In this document: positions 38,281 through 47,547 of the stretch, in pieces
How the letters are laid out: each line of letters starts with the position of its first letter
How positions within the stretch are numbered: the stretch's first letter is position 1
Origin: a virus
Lineage: Duplodnaviria > Caudoviricetes
Virus record (IMG/VR): IMGVR_UViG_2558860984_000001
Span: 1 to 64,000 of that record
Strand: one strand, 5' to 3'
Length of the DNA stretch: 64,000 bases
Made by a program: the position numbers and the translations under genes
The notes under the pieces: generated by a model
The model's input: only the letters and a program-made list of their open reading frames with translations
Databases searched by the model: none
Told to the model about the DNA's origin: nothing

Positions 38281-38735
38281 TGAGTCATCTTTCCACCCGA
38301 ACCCCACGACGTGTACCAGGCCGCGCCATGTCGCCCGCCGGGCGCCGCACCTTCCGCCACCACCACCTCACCACCGCGGCCAACACCGCCCGCGCCCTCG
38401 CCTACCGCGTCCTCTCCGGCACCATCGCCACCCGCGTCGACAACGGCGACCTCATCCGCACCGGCGACGCCCTCGCCCGCTTCGGCGGCGACCAGCTCCC
38501 CGACGGACAGCAGTCCTGGTACGGCCGCCACGTCGCCCGCGCCTACCGCAACACCCACGGCCACGACCCGGTCCGGTGCTGGCTCCAGCACCACACCACC
38601 GGCAGGTGGATCCACGTCTACGTGTACGACCCCGAGGACACCGCGCTCCTCGCCGGGCTCCGGTCCTACAAGGGCACCCAGCACCTCGCCGACGCGATCA
38701 GCGCCAGCAACACGACCTGGGCGGTGGCCGCCTGA
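38280..38735 (+). CDS. Hypothetical protein, first gene of the spread-like operon
   Basis: AGGAGG RBS. Confidence 0.65.
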   Translation: MSHLSTRTPRRVPGRAMSPAGRRTFRHHHLTTAANTARALAYRVLSGTIATRVDNGDLIRTGDALARFGGDQLPDGQQSWYGRHVARAYRNTHGHDPVRCWLQHHTTGRWIHVYVYDPEDTALLAGLRSYKGTQHLADAISASNTTWAVAA

Positions 38736-38919
38736 TGGCCGCGCAGGACTCCGACTGGACCGAGAAGCCGGTCATCCCGACGATTCCCCGCCCCCGGCCG
38801 CCGCAGGACCGGCGCCTGGTCGCTGTCGGCGTCGTCCGCCGCTGCCGTGGCCGCGTCCTGCACCTGACTGCCACCGCGGCCGGGGCCACCGGCCGCATCC
38901 AGCAGCAGGGAGGCGGCCG

Positions 38920-39066
38920 GTGAGCGACAACACCCCCAAGACCCGTCCGTGCCACTCCTGCGGCGGCCGGGGAGTGACCGTTGAGGACACCAGCAGCGAC
39001 GGAGTCGCCCGCCAGCACTCGAAGACGTGCACCGCCTGCAACGGATCCGGGCAGGTCCCCGCATGA
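38920..39066 (+). CDS. Mini DnaJ-type Zn-finger protein
   Basis: CHSCGGRG..CTACNGSG; GGAGG RBS. Confidence 0.65.
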   Translation: MSDNTPKTRPCHSCGGRGVTVEDTSSDGVARQHSKTCTACNGSGQVPA

Positions 39067-39221
39067 GCAGGGAGATCACCGTCACCCAGCTCTGCCAGCC
39101 CTGCCAGGGACGCGGCCAGGTCAAGGACACCAAGGTCGAGATCCGCGGCGGCCGGCCGGTCGAGAGCACCGGCTGGCAGAACTGCACCGCGTGCGGCGGC
39201 TCTGGGCGGGTGCCCGCGTGA
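39063..39221 (+). CDS. Mini DnaJ-type Zn-finger protein (paralogue)
   Basis: CQPCQGRG..CTACGGSG. Confidence 0.65.
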   Translation: MSREITVTQLCQPCQGRGQVKDTKVEIRGGRPVESTGWQNCTACGGSGRVPA

Positions 39222-39426
39222 TCGCCCGGCTGCTGGCGGTCGGCGATGAGCCGGAGCCCCGCCACGAAGACAACGAGGACGACCAGGACCCCGGCCACCC
39301 TCACCCGCACACCACGCGCGGCCGGGCTTCCTGACCCCTACTTCTCGCCCGTGCCCGGGGCGTACGGGCCCTCAGCGGCTCTACGTCTCGGGCACCGGCC
39401 ACCGACTCTCCCGGAGACACACCCCC

Positions 39427-39693
39427 ATGCACACCCACTCCGAACGCGCCGCACGGGCCGCCCGCGAGCTGCTGACCACCTGCGCCCGCCAGCTCGCCCA
39501 CAACCGCCCCGAATGGCAGCTCAACCCCACCCGCTGGAACGAGTGGCAGGCCCGGATCACCGACCGGCACCCCGCCATCGGCACCGCCATGAACACCCAC
39601 CTGGCCAGCATCACGATCACGCCCGGCATGACCCGCGGCGCCCTCGCCACCCACATCACCCGCGCCCTGTACCCGGAAGGCGGCACCCGGTGA
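39427..39693 (+). CDS. Hypothetical protein
   Basis: GGAG upstream; GC3 bias. Confidence 0.55.
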   Translation: MHTHSERAARAARELLTTCARQLAHNRPEWQLNPTRWNEWQARITDRHPAIGTAMNTHLASITITPGMTRGALATHITRALYPEGGTR

Positions 39694-40142
39694 CCACCGA
39701 CCCAACCTCCAGCCCCGCGACCCCGATCGACATGCTCGACGCCGCCGCCGACGCCGTACGCGCCTTCAACCACGCCACCGCCAAGACCGGTCCCGGCTGG
39801 CAGACCCCCGCCGACACCTACGACGCCCTCGGCGCTCTCGCCGACATCGCCCACCGCCTCACCCAAGCCATCACCCAGGCCACCAGCCCCACCAGCCACG
39901 CGCTCCGCGACGACCGCCTTCGAGCCGCCGCCGGTATCGACCCAGACTCCATCGCCCGCCAGGCCATCGCCAGCCTCGACAACGCCATCATCCACGCCAC
40001 ACGCCTCACCACCGCTCTGCGCATCGGGCACAGCCTCACCGCCACCCTCGGCGCCACCGAGACCGCACCCGCCGAGCCCACCGCCAAGGAGCGCCCCCAC
40101 GACAGCGGCGCGTGCCGCCGCTGCGGCCAGGGCGGCCAATGA
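39690..40142 (+). CDS. Hypothetical protein
   Basis: AADAVRAFNHAT..P.DTY..LG.L motif; coupled start. Confidence 0.6.
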   Translation: MTTDPTSSPATPIDMLDAAADAVRAFNHATAKTGPGWQTPADTYDALGALADIAHRLTQAITQATSPTSHALRDDRLRAAAGIDPDSIARQAIASLDNAIIHATRLTTALRIGHSLTATLGATETAPAEPTAKERPHDSGACRRCGQGGQ

Positions 40143-40381
40143 GCGTGTTCTCCCGGCTGCGCCCGGGGCGCGGCCCCGACGACAAGGGCTCCGCCCGATA
40201 CCTGTCCGCCAGCGTCGCTGCCGAGCGGCAGACGCAGAGCCGGAGGGACACCCGGAGGACCCGCCGCGGCGGCGACACGATGGGCCGCGGCTCCCGCAAC
40301 CCCGGCAGCGACGGCGAGGAATTCCGCCTCCGAGACCGCGGTGACGCCAAACCCCGCCGCCGCGGCTGGCTCCGCGGCTGA
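40139..40381 (+). CDS. Small basic hypothetical protein
   Basis: Coupled start. Confidence 0.5.
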   Translation: MSVFSRLRPGRGPDDKGSARYLSASVAAERQTQSRRDTRRTRRGGDTMGRGSRNPGSDGEEFRLRDRGDAKPRRRGWLRG

Positions 40382-40462
40382 CTACCCACACCACGCCCTG
40401 CCGCCTGCCACCCCACCACACAGACGGCAGGGCCCACCTCTACCCAGAGAGACACCACGTCC

Positions 40463-41338
40463 ATGAAGACCCGCACCGTCCGCCGCAAGCAGCTCGTCCC
40501 GCACACCGTCGACGGGCACACCGAATACGTCCTCGACGAGTACAAAGTCGACGTGCCGCTGCCGCCCCGTGACTGGGACAGCGTCGTCCGCGCCGGCGTC
40601 ACCGTCATCGCCTGCACGCTCGTCACCGTCTCGCTCGTCTGGACAACCGCGAGCATCGGCGACCTCCTCTCCTTGGCCACGATCCCCGCTGTCGCCTACG
40701 CCGCCGGCGTCGCTTTCGACCTGAGCTGGATCATGTGCATGGGCGTCGAGTGGCTCCTGCGCTTCGAGCCGAAGCGCGCCGCTGTCGCCCGTCGGGCCGG
40801 GTGGCTCGCGCTCACGATCTCCATGGCCGCCGTCGCTACCCACGGCACCATCGTCGGGCAGTGGCCTGTCGGCGCCGCCGGCGCCGCGGTCGCCCTGCTC
40901 GCCAAGGGCTGCTGGACCCTCGTCATGCGCACGCAGGCCCGCCCTCTCGACTCCCGTACCGCTCAGTGGGTCGCCAAGCGCCGCGCCGAGGTCGACGGCC
41001 AGCTCGCCATGATCCCGGTCCGTCGCGAGCTGCTGCGCGGGCAGCAGCTCGTCGAGGCCGAGCGCCAGGCCCTCGCTGCGGACTCCGAGGCTCCGTCCGG
41101 GTCCATGGGATCCGCCGGATCCGGATATCCGGACCCGTCCGCTGCCAGTCCGGACCTGCCCGGAGAGCCCTCCCCGGACAGGTCGCTGACCACCAAGGAC
41201 GCAGTCCGGATCGTCTGGGACGAAGGGATCCGCAACAAGGACGACGCCGTCCGCGCCGTCGCCGACCGCACCGGCCGCCCCGTCTCCCCGGACACCGTCC
41301 GCCGCTACCTGGACCAGCTGAAGGCGACCGCCTCATGA
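40463..41338 (+). CDS. SpdB-like 4-TM membrane protein with C-terminal HTH-like segment
   Basis: Four hydrophobic helices, coiled coil, repeat-rich linker, VSPDTVRRYL. Confidence 0.65.
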   Translation: MKTRTVRRKQLVPHTVDGHTEYVLDEYKVDVPLPPRDWDSVVRAGVTVIACTLVTVSLVWTTASIGDLLSLATIPAVAYAAGVAFDLSWIMCMGVEWLLRFEPKRAAVARRAGWLALTISMAAVATHGTIVGQWPVGAAGAAVALLAKGCWTLVMRTQARPLDSRTAQWVAKRRAEVDGQLAMIPVRRELLRGQQLVEAERQALAADSEAPSGSMGSAGSGYPDPSAASPDLPGEPSPDRSLTTKDAVRIVWDEGIRNKDDAVRAVADRTGRPVSPDTVRRYLDQLKATAS

Positions 41339-41493
41339 ACGCCACCTACCTCGTGCTCCTCGCCGCCGTAACCACAACTGGCATGACCGTCGGCCCGAAC
41401 CTCCGGCACCCCGGGATCCGCCTGACCGTCGGCATGGTCACCGCCGTTGCGCTGCTCCTCCTGGCCGCCGAGCTGCTGCGGGAGGCCGTCTGA
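41335..41493 (+). CDS. Small 2-TM protein
   Basis: Hydrophobic; coupled start. Confidence 0.55.
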   Translation: MNATYLVLLAAVTTTGMTVGPNLRHPGIRLTVGMVTAVALLLLAAELLREAV

Positions 41494-42203
41494 TGTCCTC
41501 CGGTGATCTGCTCGTGCTGCTGCTCCTCGCCGCCCTGACGTACGCCCTCCACCGCCGCCGCACAGCCACCGGCCCCGGGGCGTCCGCCACCGACCGCGCC
41601 CGCCGGTTACGCACCTGGCCCGTGCGCCTCGCCGAACTGCTCGGCGTACGCACCGTCGCCGGCCAGCAGGCCCACCGGTACGCCGCCGGCGCCGCAGGAG
41701 AGCGCGCGGTCGCCGCCGCGCTCCGCCCCCTTGAGCGCCAGGGATGGACGCTGTTGCACGACCGGGCCCTGCCCGCCGGCCGCGCGAACCTCGACCTCCT
41801 CGCGATCTCCCCGCGCGGCACTGTCGCCGTCGTCGACGCCAAGAAGTGGTCCGCCCGCCTCCCTGTCACCGTGGCCGGCGGCCGGCTCGTCCACGGCCGC
41901 CACGATGTCACCGCGCGCCTGGACGGTCTCCGCCACGAAGCCGCCGTCGTCACCCAGCACCTCGGCGTCCGGGCCCGCGCGGTCGTCGTCCTCGACGGCC
42001 CCGCCCTCCACGACCACCTCGGGCGCGCAGCCGCGTTCGTAGTCCTCGACGGCATCACCCTCACGACCCGCGCAAATGCCGTGCAGGTCCTCGCCCACCT
42101 CGACAACCAGAACCCGGCTCGCCGATCCCCGCAGGCCGCGCGCCAGCTCGCCGCGCGGGCCGCCGACCTGTTCCCGCCCCACACCGCCAGGAGGCCGCGG
42201 TGA
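41493..42203 (+). CDS. NERD-domain nuclease-like protein with N-terminal TM; contains a TTA codon
   Basis: GAAGERAV, LHDR, NLDLLAI, VVDAKKW; TTA at 41607-41609. Confidence 0.85.
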   Translation: MSSGDLLVLLLLAALTYALHRRRTATGPGASATDRARRLRTWPVRLAELLGVRTVAGQQAHRYAAGAAGERAVAAALRPLERQGWTLLHDRALPAGRANLDLLAISPRGTVAVVDAKKWSARLPVTVAGGRLVHGRHDVTARLDGLRHEAAVVTQHLGVRARAVVVLDGPALHDHLGRAAAFVVLDGITLTTRANAVQVLAHLDNQNPARRSPQAARQLAARAADLFPPHTARRPR

Positions 42204-43132
42204 GCGACCACACCGCCCCCGGCCCCGACGAGCTGGCCGTACGCGCCCGCCTCGCCGCCGCCCTCGGCCACAACACCGCGCCCCGGGACACCGAGCCCGC
42301 GGACACCCGGGACACCGGGGCGCGCCGGCCGTGGTGGCGCCGCGCCCGCCGCCGCCCAGAGACCACGCCGGACACGTCGACGGACACCGCGGTGGATTCC
42401 GCGGAACCGGACCAGGATCCGGCGGACCCGGGCCCGGATCCCCGTCCGGACACGGCGGATCGGGATCCGCGCGTACGGCGCCTACGCGCCGACTGGTGGC
42501 GCCTGGCCAGCCCGGACACCGATCCGGATCCGTCCGAAGCCACCCCGGACAGCATCCCGGAAACCCCGGACCGCGGGCCGGACATGCGTAAGGACAGCCC
42601 GGACGCTCCGGACGATCCGGATCCGGCGGACGTCGACGACCACGACGACCACGACGACCACGAGGCCGCCGTCGACGAGGACCAGGACGACGAGCCCGCG
42701 GCCGGCCCGCTGCAGCCGCGGCGCCGCGGGCTCGACTGGAACCCGCCCCCGGCGCCGAACGTGCGCCAGTCCGCCGCGGAGTGGTGGCGCGGATTCTCCG
42801 TCGCCAACGAGTTCCTGCTCCTCAACGGCTCCGCCGTCGCCGCCGGCACCTGGGGCGCCGGCCTGTTCACCGGCGACTGGAGCACCGGTATCCCGCAGCT
42901 CACCCTCACTGCCATGCACGACGCCGCGGCCGAGTCGACCAGCACCTCCACGCCACTGATCCTCGGCGGGCTCATCGTCCTAGGCTCCGCCATCGCCGGA
43001 GCCGCCGCCGCCGGGTTCGCTCTGCGCGTCGTCGGCGCCTCACCGAGCCTCGCTCGCTTCGTGCACTGGGCGCTGGTCCGCGTGCCCGTCGCCTCCACCA
43101 TCACCGGCCTCTGCCTCTACACGACCCCCTGA
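42200..43132 (+). CDS. Membrane protein with Asp/Pro repeat-rich N-terminal region
   Basis: CCGGA-rich repeats; C-terminal TM helices. Confidence 0.65.
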   Translation: MSDHTAPGPDELAVRARLAAALGHNTAPRDTEPADTRDTGARRPWWRRARRRPETTPDTSTDTAVDSAEPDQDPADPGPDPRPDTADRDPRVRRLRADWWRLASPDTDPDPSEATPDSIPETPDRGPDMRKDSPDAPDDPDPADVDDHDDHDDHEAAVDEDQDDEPAAGPLQPRRRGLDWNPPPAPNVRQSAAEWWRGFSVANEFLLLNGSAVAAGTWGAGLFTGDWSTGIPQLTLTAMHDAAAESTSTSTPLILGGLIVLGSAIAGAAAAGFALRVVGASPSLARFVHWALVRVPVASTITGLCLYTTP

Positions 43133-43143
43133 AGAGAGGATCC

Positions 43144-43590
43144 ATGTCTCACACGATCACCACGGCAGCCGGCGAACTGACCACCGCCGTCGGGCCCGTA
43201 TCCGCGACCGGCCTGGCGCTGCTGACCGGGACCATGCTCGTCCTCGGCGTCGCCGGCAAGGGCAAGAAGCGGCTCGCCTCCGGGCCTGCCCAGCTCGTCG
43301 GCGTCGTCACGGAGCTGGCGTTCCTGCGCTCCGGCGCCCCGTTCGCCGACATCGGCGTGGCGTTCCAGTCCATCGCCCAGGGCATCGCCTCGAACCCGGA
43401 CCTCGGCGCGCCCGGGATGGGCGCCGTGTGCCTGCTGTTCATCATCCTGAGCCTGTTCGCCCGGATCGTACCCGTCACCGGCGCGCTCCTCGGGCTCGTC
43501 CTCGGCGGCGCCATGGAGGCCGCCAACGGATCCATCTGGAACGCGCTGGTGGGACTGCTGTCCATCCCGCTCGGGTTCCTGGCGGTCTGA
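43144..43590 (+). CDS. Multi-TM membrane protein
   Basis: GAGGA RBS; highly hydrophobic. Confidence 0.7.
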   Translation: MSHTITTAAGELTTAVGPVSATGLALLTGTMLVLGVAGKGKKRLASGPAQLVGVVTELAFLRSGAPFADIGVAFQSIAQGIASNPDLGAPGMGAVCLLFIILSLFARIVPVTGALLGLVLGGAMEAANGSIWNALVGLLSIPLGFLAV

Positions 43591-43591
43591 C

Positions 43592-44455
43592 ATGGGCGCG
43601 TGGAGGCAGACATTCAGCGTGCTGCGGGGAGCGCACCGGCTGGCGCCGGTGCTGGTGCGCTCCACCCGCGTCGTGGTCGTGGCCGCGGCTGGCGTGATCC
43701 GGGGACCGAAGAAGGGCAGCAGCTCCGGCGGGGAGACCTTCGGGCGGCTGCTGGCTGTGTGCGTAGTCGGATACCTGCTGGTGTACCTGACCAGCGGCCG
43801 GGTGTGGCTCTGGTACGTCTACGGCGCGCTGTGGCTGCTCGGCTGCCTGGTCCTGGCCGCCGTACGGCAGGACTTGCCCGAGGTGCTGGCTGCCCCTGAT
43901 GAGCCGCGGGAACACCGATCCCTAGGGGCCCGCCTACGCACCGCGCTGCGCCGCAGCGAAGCTGAGGAGCCGGAATACTCCCCCAAAGTCGATCTTGAAA
44001 AATCGGCAGGGGAGGAGGAGCACACACCTTCCCCGGAGGAGACAGCCGACCGCATCGCCCGCACCGTGATCAAGGCCGTGGCTGATGCAGAAGCACGCGG
44101 ATACCGAGGCATCCACGTCGCTGAACTCCTAGGCATCCTGACCGCTGAAGAACTCCCCGACTTCCGCGAAGTCAACCCCCTTCGGAAGTGGCTGGAGGAA
44201 TCGCACTTTCCCGTCAGCCGGAACCTGAAAGTGGGCGGGAAAGGGCCCACCTGGGGAGTACGCGCCGACGCCCTTTCAGGCGCTCTCGGAATGCCCCTGA
44301 ACGAGGCCCTGGAGACCCTCAGCGCCCCCACCGCCGAGGGGGCACTCGCCATCCCTGCGCCGGCCGCCTGCCCGGCACCCCGCGAGGGCACCCCCGCGGT
44401 CCCCGCAGCACCCTCCGCCGCCGACCCGCAGGAGGTGCCCCAGCGCGGCACCTGA
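43592..44455 (+). CDS. 2-TM protein with a C-terminal TraB-like wHTH and no ATPase
   Basis: GIHVAELL..LRKWLEE..PV...LKVGG..TWGVRADAL; no Walker motifs; the TraB resemblance is by eye. Confidence 0.55.
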   Translation: MGAWRQTFSVLRGAHRLAPVLVRSTRVVVVAAAGVIRGPKKGSSSGGETFGRLLAVCVVGYLLVYLTSGRVWLWYVYGALWLLGCLVLAAVRQDLPEVLAAPDEPREHRSLGARLRTALRRSEAEEPEYSPKVDLEKSAGEEEHTPSPEETADRIARTVIKAVADAEARGYRGIHVAELLGILTAEELPDFREVNPLRKWLEESHFPVSRNLKVGGKGPTWGVRADALSGALGMPLNEALETLSAPTAEGALAIPAPAACPAPREGTPAVPAAPSAADPQEVPQRGT

Positions 44456-44529
44456 AGGCCGTTCCCAACCCCACTTCCGACCCCGCCGCGTGACCGCCCC
44501 TGGAGGCGGTTGACACCCAGGTCAGCGCC

Positions 44530-44585
44530 CATCTACCGGGCCCATCTGCCCGACATCTGCCAGGCATCTACCACCCCCATCTACC
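44530..44585 (+). repeat. Five 8-bp direct repeats CATCT(A/G)CC, clt-like
   Basis: Copies at 44530, 44543, 44554, 44565, 44578 (periods 13, 11, 11, 13). Confidence 0.8.
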
Positions 44586-44689
44586 CGAGGCCGGCCGCCA
44601 TCCGAGAGGGGCTGTCGACCCCGGACCAGCCCCAGCCGCCGCCAGATCCCGCTACCGTCTCTCCTGACAGGCAGACCGGGAGGGACCTC

Positions 44690-44929
44690 ATGGCCTGGCG
44701 ATACGAATGCGACGACTGCCCCTGGCGCTCCACCTGGGGGGACCGCTTCGACGCCGAGCGCATCCAAGGGCAGCACTGGCGCGACGCACACAGCGGAAAG
44801 CCCTCCGCGCACGAACGATTCGTGCGGGACAACGCCAGCAGGGCCATCGAAAGCCCTCAGCAGATGATTTTCGTCGCGGCAGTAATCGCCCTGGCATTCC
44901 TCTACGCCATCTGGGAGAAACTCACCTGA
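44690..44929 (+). CDS. Small CxxC..H...H Zn-finger protein with C-terminal TM
   Basis: GGAGG RBS; CDDC..H...H. Confidence 0.65.
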   Translation: MAWRYECDDCPWRSTWGDRFDAERIQGQHWRDAHSGKPSAHERFVRDNASRAIESPQQMIFVAAVIALAFLYAIWEKLT

Positions 44930-44967
44930 CCCAGAGCCTGATTCAGCACCCGAGTCCGGCGAGCTGC

Positions 44968-45234
44968 CTACTCGGCAGCCTGACCGCCGGCGCCGCGTTC
45001 CTCCGTTCGTGTGACGAACGTGCCCTTCCCACGCACGGTGACGACCAGGCCGCGCGCACGCAACTCCTCGACCGCGCGGCGGGCCGTTGGTCGGGCCACC
45101 CCGAACTCCTCGCAGATGGCCGCCTCGGACGGGATACGGCGCCGTGGCGGGTACGTGCCGTCCTCGATCCGGGCCGCGAGTACGGCAGCGATCTGCTCGA
45201 ACAGCGGCTCCGGTCCGTCGAGGTCAATGGTCAC
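44968..45234 (-). CDS. GntR-family wHTH-only regulator (Kor/TraR-like)
   Basis: IPSEAAICEEFGVARPTARRAV..GKGTFV. Confidence 0.9.
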   Translation of the reverse strand: MTIDLDGPEPLFEQIAAVLAARIEDGTYPPRRRIPSEAAICEEFGVARPTARRAVEELRARGLVVTVRGKGTFVTRTEERGAGGQAAE

Positions 45235-45328
45235 ATTTTGACCGTAGGCGTCCTACGACGATGCTTCTCGTCATGTAACGCCAGGTGACGTCACGTGACA
45301 AGTCCGGCTAAGGTCGGTGGACAGCAAG

Positions 45329-45388
45329 GACCCCGGCGGTGCGCGAACACCCCGGGGTACGGACTTCCTGACAGGAGCAGGAGCCATG
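45329..45388 (+). promoter_or_regulatory. Structured leader, copy 2 of the CGCGAA-loop hairpin plus RBS hairpin
   Basis: GACCCCGGCGGTGCGCGAACACCCCGGGG, then GGACTTCCTG pairing with CAGGAGCC. Confidence 0.6.
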
Positions 45389-45640
45389 AGCCACGCTACC
45401 GACCCCGTGCAGAGCAGCACCACCGGAAGAACCCGCCGAGCGCAGATCGGCGACAAGGTCCACGACCCGGCCGCCGGCCGCACGGGGATCGTGACGAACA
45501 TCGACCGCGCCGACGTGCACCTTCTACGCCCCGAGTACGGCGGCGGACTCATCGGCAGCGGCGAATGGGAAGCCACCGACCCCACGGCGCTCACGGTGCT
45601 CCAGACCGCGGCCGACCGTGCCAGGGAGGAACTCCCGTGA
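45386..45640 (+). CDS. Small hypothetical protein
   Basis: AGGAG RBS; GD.V.D...GR.G.V..LRP..GG..EW. Confidence 0.65.
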   Translation: MSHATDPVQSSTTGRTRRAQIGDKVHDPAAGRTGIVTNIDRADVHLLRPEYGGGLIGSGEWEATDPTALTVLQTAADRAREELP

Positions 45641-45852
45641 CCATGGGCCGCCACGCTGACGCTCCCCCAGGGCCGCGGGGAGCGCCTGGCGCTGCTGGTC
45701 CTCGCCAGCGTCCTCCTCGGGCTACTCCACTGATCTCAGATAGTCAGAAACGGTCAGTACGCGACATCTGTCCTCGACCACGCATACCGCCCAGTAGCCT
45801 GCCCGCGCACCGATCGCCGACGCCGACCGTGATCACCAACCAAGGGGGGCCC

Positions 45853-46617
45853 ATGACCAAGCTGCTCGGCATCGCCATCGCCGCCACCGCACTGCTCACC
45901 GCCTGCAGCAGCAACGACGACAGCGACACCAACGACAAGCCCAGCCGCACCGCAACCGCCGACGCCCAAGACGCGAAGAGCGGAGCAGACACCGGCGACC
46001 TCGCCACCACAGTCGAGACCTACATCAACAGCCTCTTCAACGGCCACGCCGCCGACGTCTACGACACCGTCTCCCAACGCTGCGTCCCCGCCGTCGGCGA
46101 CCGGGAGACCTTCGCCGAGAGCTGGGAGGACGCCGCCAGCTACGGCGACTTGAAAGCCGGAAACGTCGAGGCCACCGTCGACGGAGACTCCGGCCGCGCG
46201 TCCTACACCGTCGGCAACAGGGACAGCCTGACCCGCACCCGGCAGCAGTGGACCATGGAGGACGGCGCCTGGCGCTGGGACGCCTGCCCCACCACCGAAT
46301 CCGGCACGCCGTCGCCGGTCTCCCAAGACGTCACCATCACCCAGGCCGGCGTCGAGGACCACGAACTGTGGGGCGCCGGCACCTACGTCGTGCACTACGA
46401 GATCACCAACCACGGCACGGCCGACGCCTCGTACTTCGCGCAGCTCGCGTTCCTCGACGCCGACGGCGACCAGCTCGGCACCACCGGCATCACCGCCGAC
46501 AACCTCGGCCCCGGCAAGACCAAGGCCGGCGAAACGCGACCCTTGGAGCCAGAGATCGAGAACGGGCCCTTGGGCGCCGTCACGTCCGTGCAGGTCACCC
46601 AGGTAGAGCTGACCTGA
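45853..46617 (+). CDS. Lipoprotein
   Basis: Lipobox LLTAC; C-terminal ITN..ASY..FLDADG. Confidence 0.8.
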   Translation: MTKLLGIAIAATALLTACSSNDDSDTNDKPSRTATADAQDAKSGADTGDLATTVETYINSLFNGHAADVYDTVSQRCVPAVGDRETFAESWEDAASYGDLKAGNVEATVDGDSGRASYTVGNRDSLTRTRQQWTMEDGAWRWDACPTTESGTPSPVSQDVTITQAGVEDHELWGAGTYVVHYEITNHGTADASYFAQLAFLDADGDQLGTTGITADNLGPGKTKAGETRPLEPEIENGPLGAVTSVQVTQVELT

Positions 46618-46724
46618 CCCGGACGACCCCGAGACGAGGCTCCGCTTCCTGCCCACCGCGCAACTCCCGGGAAGCGGGGCCTCTCACTGCACGCCCCCAG
46701 CCAACGGTAGGAGAGGATCAGTGC

Positions 46725-47147
46725 ATGACGGCGGATGACCTGATCGGCTTCCTGCGAGCGCGACTGGACGAGGACGAAGAATCGGCGAAGGCGTGTGGGG
46801 GAGCACCGTGGTCCGCCGAGGTCCAAGGCATGGTCCACGTCAGCTCGAAGGCAATTCGGGACGAGAAGTGGAAGTTCGGACGCCTCGGCTACGTCGCCAC
46901 AGTCGAGCACGACTGGGACGGGGAGCACATCGTCCGCCACGACCCGGCGCGGGTGCTCAACGAGATCGCCGCCAAGCGGGAGATCATCGAGCAGCACATG
47001 CCAGTAGGCGATGGCACCGTGTGCCTGTCGTACTGCCACACCCGGGCCCCCGGCGAAGCGCAGACCTGGCCGTGCCTCACGCTGCGCCTTCTGGCCATGC
47101 CGTATTCGGGCCACGAGGAGTTCCACGAAGAGTGGCGCCCCCGGTAG
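46725..47147 (+). CDS. DUF6221-like protein
   Basis: FLRARLDEDE, HIVRHDPARVL.E..AKR, TLRLLA.PY..H...EEWRP. Confidence 0.8.
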   Translation: MTADDLIGFLRARLDEDEESAKACGGAPWSAEVQGMVHVSSKAIRDEKWKFGRLGYVATVEHDWDGEHIVRHDPARVLNEIAAKREIIEQHMPVGDGTVCLSYCHTRAPGEAQTWPCLTLRLLAMPYSGHEEFHEEWRPR

Positions 47148-47280
47148 GTGTATCGCACAGAGGCGCCTGGCGTCATCGACTACCAGCGACCGCCGCCGGG
47201 TAGCGTACGAGCTGGTCTGAGCCGTAGTGGATCCAGACCATGGAGGACGCGCGCCGCAGCCGCTGGGTAGGGCGCCCGGT

Positions 47281-47547
47281 TCAGTCGTTGATCGACTTCA
47301 CGGTTGGCCGCCTCTTGGGGGGGACGCCGTACTCCCGGGCGATGTTGCGGATGGTCTGCTCGGTGTAGGGGGTGTGGGCGGCGAACCTGCCCTGACTCAG
47401 GCCGGACTGGGCGAGTTCCTCGGCGAGGACTTTCTGGTAGGCGCGGCGCTTCTTGTCTGCCTCATCGGCGGCATCGTTCATCTCCTTCTCGGCGTCCGTC
47501 ATCCGCTTCGGTGGCGTCCACTCGGGTTGGCGCTGCTTCGCGGTCAT
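47281..47547 (-). CDS. Small HTH regulator
   Basis: LSQGRFAAHTPYTEQTIRNIAREYGV. Confidence 0.7.
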   Translation of the reverse strand: MTAKQRQPEWTPPKRMTDAEKEMNDAADEADKKRRAYQKVLAEELAQSGLSQGRFAAHTPYTEQTIRNIAREYGVPPKRRPTVKSIND

